Both the position numbers and the translations under genes were made by a program. A DNA stretch of 63,727 bases, filler included, from Lenisia limosa (Eukaryota > Protista > Breviatea), in the NCBI GenBank assembly GCA_001655205.1. It is 7 parts of 7 records of this genome, joined end to end, with 100 filler letters (N's around TTAATTAATTAA, not from the genome) between each part and the next. Parts side by side here need not be neighbours in the genome. Positions count along the whole stretch, not along the records: positions 47,967 to 61,181 come from LPNZ01008542.1; positions 61,282 to 63,727 come from LPNZ01009046.1; 5 more parts are not named here. One strand, 5' to 3'. Position 1 is the stretch's first letter, and every line of letters starts with the position of its first letter. The notes below the pieces were generated by a model. It saw only the letters and a program-made list of their open reading frames with translations, had not been told where the DNA came from and did no database searches. Shown in pieces: positions 55,380-63,727 of this stretch.

Positions 55380-56375
55380 ATGGCCAAAGCAGGAGTTGGT
55401 GTTCCCGTTAAACTTCTTCATGAGACCGAAGGACACATCATCACTGTTGAGATGAAGTCAGGTGAGCGTTTTATTTTACAGTTATCTCTACTGAGACTAG
55501 GAGTCATGAAGGTCCGGCTATTTGTATGATGAAGTGATACTACTTGTATTAATGTGCTGAAGAGCAGTGAATTCAAAGGCATTACTGATCATTTGCTATT
55601 GACTTATTCCTATTTCGCCTTCTTTGTTTTCTTTTACCCAACATTCCCATTTTCTCTTTTACGCGATTAGTACGTTTACGCCAATATTCTTCATCGAAAT
55701 TTTCTTCGTTTTACTCCCCTTCCGTCATCAAATACCTACCCTCTCTTCGCGATCATCATAACGTTCCCTATATCCCCCCAATTTTCCAATTTTCCCATCT
55801 TTCTCATCGTTACCATCCAGGTGAGCTCTACAGAGGCACTCTCATTCAGGCCGAAGACAACATGAACGTCACCATGTCCCACATTACACACACTTCAAGA
55901 GACGGACGCGTGTCTGGACTCGAACAGGTATATAAGGGCTCCCCGACTGTCCCGGGATTTCTCGATAAATATTCGATAAGTATCGATATTGCACCTGTCT
56001 TTTTCGGCCCGGTAAGTGATTATATTCTATCGCAAATTTGTAAGGCAAATGATTGGGTGAATTCATATTCAACTTCCATCATACATTGTCCAGACTTTTC
56101 TGAGCAAACCTGATGATCTCATGTATATCAATCAACGCGTATCATAGTCACTGAATTATAAATTCATAACTTTTTTCCAAGAATCGTAACGTCTTTTTTT
56201 GTTTCCCCAATCCAATCAAAAGCAGTGTTTTACCTTGTCAGTGCTACCTCCGCGGCTCTCACGTCCGAATGTTTGTCGTACCAGATATGCTCAAGAACGC
56301 CCCCATGTTCAATAAGACCAGTGGTGGTGCCGGCCGCGGCCGTGCCTCCGTTATCCGAGCCAAGAGTGAGAGGAG
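55380..56375 (+). CDS. SNRPD3: Small nuclear ribonucleoprotein SmD3 (last exon probably in gap)
   Basis: [88 protein letters not shown]. Confidence 0.96.
55526..55588 (+). ncRNA. Candidate box C/D snoRNA in SmD3 intron 1
   Basis: Box C ATGATGA 55526-55532, CTGA 55557-55560 (D'), CTGA 55585-55588 (D); no clear terminal stem; target not identified. Confidence 0.3.
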
Positions 56376-57242
56376 ATTATGACGAAATGGGTGTGGTGGT
56401 GAGGGTTANNNNNNNNNNNNNNNNNNNNNNNNNNNNNNNNNNNNNNNNNNNNNNNNNNNNNNNNNNNNNNNNNNNNNNNNNNNNNNNNNNNNNNNNNNNN
56501 NNNNNNNNNNNNNNNNNNNNNNNNNNNNNNGGTGGTGTGGGGTTCATAAAATAGAGAGGTGGAATTAAGGGGTAAGTTTAAATATATCAGGGATATAAGA
56601 GGCAACGGATACTACATTTCTCATCTCACATAATATGATATGATATGTAAGGCCTTTTCTTCCAAGTTACAATTTTAGTTGGTGTGATTGGAGGGCAACA
56701 GGCACCTGCTGGGAGACGCTAAGCGTGTTTGGTTCGCTTTCAATTCATTTCTTATATTTTGGAAGCGTACATAGTATATCGATATCCAAGGAGTTGCTGT
56801 TATTCTGTTATTTTCTTGCTTCTTATTTGCATTAACAAAGGGAAAGGGGTGGACTTTTTTCCTCAGTCCAAAACGATCTCTGTGTTTGAGGATTAAAGAA
56901 TATTTTCTCAATGTTGAATATGTTAATTCAAAGTTAAGACGAGTCCGTAGAATGAACAAACACCACAAATAGCTCACACGAATATTGATTATCGTTTAAT
57001 ACAAAAATGCGAAAAAAGCGTATAAAAGAAACTGAGGCAGTGGTGAACGTTTAAATGCATAAACAAACCATTAAATAACTCAGGGCAAGATGCTTATCCC
57101 AAACGTGCTGCGACAGAGTGAGAAGAGAAAAAAAGTTGGGGTTGAACTAAGGGGTGAGGTTAAGAATACCGTTTTAGCCTCAAAAAAACCATTTACTTAC
57201 CATCTTTACTTGATTTTTAGCGCAAGGGGAGGTAGAGGAGTC

Positions 57243-57428
57243 TTAGAACGAAGATTCTTCAGCTTCTTCTGGCTCTTCGGGTTCCATGAACTTAGAGAGA
57301 TCCATCTTCATACAGGCAGTCAGTAGTTTCTTGTTCAAATGTTCATTCTGTGAGATGTCAGTTTCGTCCAGGGTTTCCTGGAGAGTTTTGGTGTTTGCTT
57401 CAGGTTGTTCGGTTTCTTTGAATCCCAT
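57243..57428 (-). CDS. Small acidic protein (61 aa), single exon
   Basis: MGFKETEQPEANTKTLQETLDETDISQNEHLNKKLLTACMKMDLSKFMEPEEPEEAEESSF*; protein-like composition; head-to-head with KAE1. Confidence 0.5.
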   Translation of the reverse strand: MGFKETEQPEANTKTLQETLDETDISQNEHLNKKLLTACMKMDLSKFMEPEEPEEAEESSF

Positions 57429-57633
57429 ATTATGAAAAAAAGGCCCTGATTGAAAAAAGAGGAGTAGCACTTAAATAATGTAACAAATGTAACAAGTGTT
57501 GTTTATTTAAGGTAAGATTTTTGAAAAAAATCAGCCTTTTGAGCCACGTATTTGCTGATTAACTGTTATTAGGTCCAGTTATAAATAAATTCATTCGGGG
57601 AACAATACAAAGTAATCTGAGGGCTTCGTCATC

Positions 57634-60600
57634 ATGCTTGCTTTAGGCCTTGAAGGTAAACTGCCTGTGGTTTTAGCCTTAATATTTGTAGGATCTGCTA
57701 ACAAGCTTGGTATTGGAATTGTAAGAGATGACGGTGAAATTCTTGCTAACGTTAGACACACCTACATCACTCCTCCTGGCCAGGTTTGTTTACATTTCAA
57801 CGTGTTTGGTTGATATTATTAAGGGATTTTTGCCAAGAGACACAGCGGCGCATCACAGAGAGCATGCTGTCGGCTTGATCAAGAAAGCGCTAGAAGAAGC
57901 CAAGATTACCCCCAAGGAGCTTGACTGCATCTGTTACACTAAAGGTACGCAAAAGTTATCTGTTTGTACTTCTCTCCTGGTTTCATATTGTTTGATCTTT
58001 CCTTGCCTTCCACCTTCCTCTTTCAGCACTATTATGAGCACATGACAGCATGCTTCACCTCATAATATTTCCTCTTGCCGATGTATATTATGTTTGGTGT
58101 TGATGATTTGTACTTCCATGAATAGTAGCCGTTGGATTGGGTTGCTTATTCCATCACATCACCTGTTGTCATTATCGTCTTTATTCTCGCCATTACGCAC
58201 AGGACCCGGCATGGGATCCCCTCTTGTCTCCACCGCGGTTGTTGCACGAACTCTCGCAGGCCTCTGGAGAAAGCCCCTCATTCCCGTTAACCATTGTGTT
58301 GCTCGTANNNNNNNNNNNNNNNNNNNNNNNNNNNNNNNNNNNNNNNNNNNNNNNNNNNNNNNNNNNNNNNNNNNNNNNNNNNNNNNNNNNNNNNNNNNNN
58401 NNNNNNNNNNNNNNNNNNNNNNNNNNNNNNNNNNNNNNNNNNNNNNTATTTTGCAACATATATGAGGCATTCCTACACCTTAATGTGGACGTCTTCGAAC
58501 AGATACTCCTTTGTCAATTCCTGTTTCTACATAACCCTAAAATTTGGGCGACATAGGATCAGAGTGACTCAGCTTGGATAGAATAACATATAATATATAC
58601 GTACATCATTATTTTCCCAATTAGAGCTGTCACCTCCCCCCCCCCCTGAGATACACATTTGGTNNNNNNNNNNNNNNNNNNNNNNNNNNNNNNNNNNNNN
58701 NNNNNNNNNNNNNNNNNNNNNNNNNNNNNNNNNNNNNNNNNNNNNNNNNNNNNNNNNNNNNNNNNNNNNNNNNNNNNNNNNNNNNNNNNNNNNNNNNNNN
58801 NNNNNNNNNNNNNNNNNNNNNNNNNNNNNNNNNNNNNNNNNNNNNNNNNNNNNNNNNNNNNNNNNNNNNNNNNNNNNNNNNNNNNNNNNNNNNNNNNNNN
58901 NNNNNNNNNNNNNNNNNNNNNNNNNNNNNNNNNNNNNNNNNNNNNNNNNACTGATCACGAACAGAATAATCTGAAACTCAAAACAAACAAAAACAAGAAT
59001 AACAAACACGAGCAACCAAATAGAAACCAGGAGACACACAAAAAAGGTGCCAATTACAGATACAGCTGTGCGTCGCTTCTCCTTTTAAATCTGAGGATTG
59101 AGAACAAATCAATTGCTATCAACTCTCACTCTACAGATACCGCATTTTCGGAGAAACCATCGATATCGCAGTTGGAAATTGCCTTGACAGGTCGGGAACG
59201 GTAGTGACATATTGGGCATTTCCTTTGACCTTTTAACTGTCATCATCTATGATCATCTGTGTTCCTCGAAAATAAACGATATTTTCCCGGGCGTTTCCAG
59301 ACAAGTCCTAGTTATCTGATCTTATCCCTCCCCAGATTTGCTCGCGTGATCAACATCAGCAACGACCCATCCCCAGGTTACAATATTGAGCTTTTGGCCA
59401 GAAAGTGGGGGGGGGGGTGCCAGAAGATGTAGAATGAGAATAAAAAGAGAGGGTATCTAGCCGAAGCCGTTCACAGCNNNNNNNNNNNNNNNNNNNNNNN
59501 NNNNNNNNNNNNNNNNNNNNNNNNNNNNNNNNNNNNNNNNNNNACTGGGAGAGAGAGAGGGGGGGGGTAGCTGTGATTCATCAACCGAACCAATTTGGCA
59601 TCGTTTTCAAACCGCAACCGATTATTCACTCTCTTTCAGGGGCAAGAAGTTTATCCCTCTTCCTTACTCAGTGAAAGGCATGGATGTTTCATTCTCAGGT
59701 CAGGCTTTGGGGCTATTGTGATTATTATTATGACGGCTTCGGCCAGATACTACAATCTTATTTTTTATTTCTCATTGCATATCTATCATGGATTGACGTA
59801 TTCAACATTTTATTGTTTCTCGGGGTCAATAAGAGCATGAACTTCCTTTGTAATTTAGACTTCATTTTACTTTGATAAAGACCGGTAAAATATCGATATT
59901 AGACATTTTGTCTTTTTTCAGACCGAATTGAAGCCCAGAACATAATCTTTCAGGTATCTTGGCTGGAGTGGAAGAAAAGGCCAAGAAAATGCTCGAAAGC
60001 GGGGAGGCAACCAAGGTTTGCCCAGAGTGTACACTCGTCAAACTATCTTAAAAATGTTATCACCCTCTCCCGTCCTCATGTATATCATATGTTTAGCCAA
60101 TTCTGTAGCACCCGCATCGCGGGGGGGGGGGGGGAAGAANNNNNNNNNNNNNNNNNNNNNNNNNNNNNNNNNNNNNNNNNNNNNNNNNNNNNNNNNNNNN
60201 NNNNNNNAAATCTGTAAAAAAGGAACTTATGTAACAAAAAAGCCCAATCAACTCTGTTGGCTGACAACGCCAGAGGTTTGATAACAAAATAAACAAAGCC
60301 CAGTAAAATGGAAAACTTTCATATAAAATAAAAAATACCAAAAACTCTACCAAGGTTGTCAAGTCAGTATGCTCAGGCTCAGGTGGGCGCTAAAGTCATG
60401 AGTTATTTTTGGCTGTCTATTTTTGTATTCTGAGAGTAGGAAAATGAGTATTATTTCTGTATGAACAAGCGAGTAAACCCATACTTACCTAATAGTCGTC
60501 GAGTTTTGGAGGTGGTTGGAGCTGTACCAGCGGGGGTGGACACTAAAATCATGAGTACCCCTCACTGTGTATTTTAAATGAGAATAGTATGAGTATTTCT

Positions 60601-60943
60601 GTATCAACAAGCGAATAAACCAATACTTACCTGATCGTCGTCGAGCTTCTAGGTGGCCTGGGCTTTGTNNNNNNNNNNNNNNNNNNNNNNNNNNNNNNNN
60701 NNNNNNNNNNNNNNNNNNNNNNNNNNNNNNNNNNNNNNNNNNNNNNNNNNNNNNNNNNNNNNNNNNNNNNNNNNNNNNNNNNNNNNNNNNNNNNNNNNNN
60801 NNNNNNNNNNNNNNNNNNNNNNNNNNNNNNNNNNNNNNNNNNNNNNNNNNNNNNNNNNNNNNNNNNNNNNNNGGTGGAGACCACCGAGAGGGCTATGGCC
60901 CATACCGGATCGCAGGACGTTCTCATCGTCGGAGGTGTTGGCT
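57634..60943 (+). CDS. OSGEP: tRNA t6A threonylcarbamoyltransferase KAE1/OSGEP (KEOPS), gapped and 3' truncated
   Basis: [117 protein letters not shown]. Confidence 0.97.
60208..60305 (-). repeat. Family A element antisense within a KAE1 intron
   Basis: aacaaaaaagcccaatcaactctgttggctgacaacgccagaggtttgataacaaaataaacaaagcccag. Confidence 0.8.
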
Positions 60944-61370
60944 GTAGGAGGGTGTATTGTGTTTTTTGTTTTCTCCCCGTAATTTTTTTTAGTGTTTTAC
61001 AGTACTTCTTTCGGGTTCCGATTTTTATTGAGGGGTTTCGGATGTCTTAGTGCCATTTTCTTCTGTAATGAGGATATTAGGTTAAGTTTAGCGCAGCCCC
61101 TAAGGTTCGAGGATTTATCGAGAATTTCAGTCTTTTTTTGGGACCATAGAGAAACACCAATGTTGTTAAAATAAGGGGGGGNNNNNNNNNNNNNNNNNNN
61201 NNNNNNNNNNNNNNNNNNNNNNNNNTTAATTAATTAANNNNNNNNNNNNNNNNNNNNNNNNNNNNNNNNNNNNNNNNNNNNTCCAAAAATGATTCGCAAT
61301 GCTGCTATCCATATAATATCATACCAGTCGTTTTTTTTTGGTCAAAAGTGAAGCCCTTTCTTACTTTATA

Positions 61371-63478
61371 GGCTGATACAGACGCTGATATTGTTGCATT
61401 AAACGCGGTCAGCATGTCAGGTGAGGGGTGTTGCGGTTGTGGACCTTTTATGATCAGTTAATGTTGTTATTCGATTCCATCAAAATATTAACTCAAAGTC
61501 TAAAGTGAAGAGAATTATTCAATTTGAACGCTAAAATGGATGACACCTATATACCAAGTGTCAGGACACGTTCCAGACTAACCGTTTCAGTTCGCCTAGT
61601 ATTCACCCTTGATGGACTTGACAGTGCGCCGTCCTCCGCTTTTACTGTTGGCAGCAAGGGGGAATAACATGATTTAGTAATTTTAGAGAGTTAACAGAAA
61701 CATTCTGTATACCCCCCATTTGAGACAGCAAGCTTTACCCTACAGGTGCTCTATTTTGAGTCTTACACCGCCAAAACATCAAGTGTGGTTGCTATTCGTA
61801 GGGGGGGGGGGGGNNNNNNNNNNNNNNNNNNNNNNNNNNNNNNNNNNNNNNNNNNNNNNNNNNNNNNNNNNNNNNNNNNNNNNNNNNNNNNATTGTTTTT
61901 GGTGCTTGGAAGTTTTTTTTATGCTTTTTGGTGTCATTAACTGCATCTCAAAGATCATCATCGCACTTCCTTCCTTCACTCCAATAGCAATTGTCAATCC
62001 AGCCACTATCTACACGGCCACTACGATTGCTGCGTTCCAGGTAAGCTGGCCAAACGGGCAGGCTTGTCTTGTGAGTATGGCTTCCCTTCGGTCTCAAAAA
62101 AAGACGGTTCTCGATAAATCTTCTCTTCTCTCAATATAGAAATTTTATTGGCTGTTTTCGCGATCACAGAAACGCCCTAGTCGTTAGATGTTGGTAATCT
62201 GCACGCTTTAACCAACCTGTTTTTGCAACAGATATTGCATAATAATAACTCAATAATATTAAGTTTCGTTTCTATTCATATTAAATGTTTTCAATTTTTG
62301 TAATTAATTTTCCAATTAATAACACACTTCAATGAATAACACGGCTAGCTCTACGGTGGTGTCAGTTCCTCCTCCCCCGGTACGTACATCGACACATCCT
62401 TCGTACCATGCCTCAATATTTCCACCGTCGTCAACCCCCCGGTCTGCACCGTGTTTATGGCTTCTTTGGTGCTGCTATTGTAATAGTATAAATTGCATTG
62501 AGACGCGACATACACTTGTATATGTATATATCACATATCACATGTAGTACACATAGTATACAAAATTTTTAGATTGTTAAGCAATAAAACATAGATGATA
62601 TTATGTGTTTTGTCAAGAGCGACTTTTTCGGTATCAATTTGAACCCTAACCCTTCAGGCCACCACCGTGTCAGGAGTTCCCCTCGTTCCTCAACCTGAAT
62701 TCAAAGGTACGTTGCATTCTCCTTTGCCTTCCCTCCACCCCTCTCCCCAGTTTTAACAGTATTCGTGTTTGTTATTGCTTGTTTTTTTTTTGTTGTTTTT
62801 TGTTTGGAGTTTCAGATTATTCGATTCGTGATTAGTACCTTTACGCTAATATTCTTCATTGAAGACTCCTTCGTTTCACCCCCCCCCCTCCCAGTGTTAA
62901 CNNNNNNNNNNNNNNNNNNNNNNNNNNNNNNNNNNNNNNNNNNNNNNNNNNNNNNNNNNNNNNNNNNNNNNNNNNNNNNNNNNNNNNNNNNNNNNNNNNN
63001 TTCCTTCCACGCGGACGCAAATCCCTCCAGTCTGTCGCTTGACTCCGACGTGGGGGGGTATATACATATGATACGTCATCTATTATAACTCAACGGAAAG
63101 GGGGACTGTAGTAGATATCATATGTATATATAATTACAGTACATAGAGATGAAAAATATTAAAAGGTTGCTGGTAAATGATTGGGTGAATTAATTTTTAA
63201 TTTCACGGAGCGACTGGCCTGGCTTTGTTTGTTTTATTTTAATCGACCCTCGTGTGTTATCAACCAACAGAGTTGATTTGGGGCTTTTTTGTTTCATACA
63301 ATTTCCAATTTACCCCCCCCCCCCTAGGGAGCAAGTATCGAGCNNNNNNNNNNNNNNNNNNNNNNNNNNNNNNNNNNNNNNNNNNNNNNNNNNNNNNNNN
63401 NNNNNNNNNNNNNNNNNGCAGCATTCACTACTCTTGCCATCACTGCGGATGAGTACAAGTCCTCAGTGGAGGTCGTGT
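61371..63478 (+). CDS. Unidentified multi-exon, Thr/Ser/Val-rich protein (fragment)
   Basis: Exons ADTDADIVALNAVSMS, VLYFESYTAKTSSVVAI, IIIALPSFTPIAIVNPATIYTATTIAAFQ, ATTVSGVPLVPQPEFK, AAFTTLAITADEYKSSVE with GT/AG borders. Confidence 0.45.
62762..62894 (+). repeat. Family C intron-end element (reference copy), abutting acceptor AG
   Basis: tgtttggagtttcagattattcgattcgtgattagtacctttacgctaatattcttcattgaagactccttcgtttcacccccccccctcccag; siblings at ~3945-4069, 4200-4299, 55660-55720 and reverse at 58950-59030. Confidence 0.8.
63205..63327 (+). repeat. Family A intron-end element (reference copy), abutting acceptor AG
   Basis: gactggcctggctttgtttgtttt..accctcgtgtgttatcaaccaacagagttgatttggggcttttttgtttcatacaatttccaatttacccccccccccctag. 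Confidence 0.85.
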
Positions 63479-63585
63479 TTAGGGTCCATAGAACTGCTGA
63501 TGTTAAGAAACCGCTTTTCTACCCTACTTGCGTGTAGGTGGCTGTCCTGTCAATTATGTCAACTGGTACAATCATATTGTAGTTA

Positions 63586-63681
63586 GGGCTTCCCTACGGT
63601 CCGAAAAAGACCAGGCAAATATCGACATTTATCGAGGATTTATCGAGAAATTCAGTCTTTTTTTGGGATCATAGGAAGCCC
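63586..63681. mobile_element. Family B MITE, complete copy (~96 bp)
   Basis: TIRs gggcttccctacggtcc / gggatcataggaagccc; core tcgaggatttatcgagaaattcagtc. Confidence 0.8.
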
Positions 63682-63727
63682 TTATGTGCAGAGTATATCA
63701 TAGGAAGCCCTTATGTGCAGAGTATAT

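Noticed and set aside
60481-60640. Two ATACTTACCT(G) motifs resembling the U1 snRNA 5' end
   Set aside because: No U1 stem-loop I/II (no CCATTGCAC loop) or Sm site follows; better read as minus-strand donor consensus

Overview
Intron-rich, gene-dense genomic DNA from a eukaryote, probably a flagellated protist (BBS5 present) with a possible low-oxygen lifestyle (bacterial-type SsnA amidohydrolase; inference only). It appears to use the standard code: TAA, TAG and TGA each end a reconstructed gene. The window is about 7 contigs joined by artificial N44-TTAATTAATTAA-N44 spacers, plus many N gaps that mostly begin at G/C homopolymers, so adjacency across spacers is unreliable. Genes reconstructed by hand-splicing: RBBP4/MSI1, an SsnA-like amidohydrolase (14 exons), Trx-Grx (GRX3/PICOT-like), BBS5, a possible BAR-like protein, a ~15 kb BEACH/WD40 gene, an SPX-EXS (XPR1/SYG1) transporter, a GH47 mannosidase, a CTD small phosphatase, a secreted Cys-rich protein, SmD3, KAE1/OSGEP and several unidentified multi-exon genes. 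A decayed protein-primed PolB (Polinton-like) relic lies at ~10.9-12.1 kb. The most unusual signal is non-coding. At least four short interspersed repeat families (A, B, C, D) populate the introns. Families A and C are polarised relative to splice sites: in sense they end in a C-run just before the acceptor AG, and in antisense they start with a G-run just after the donor GT. Many introns also begin GT-G(n) or end C(n)-AG, and short 2-3-copy tandem duplications repeatedly straddle splice junctions. Coordinates were read by eye and may be off by a few bases; no database search was run.
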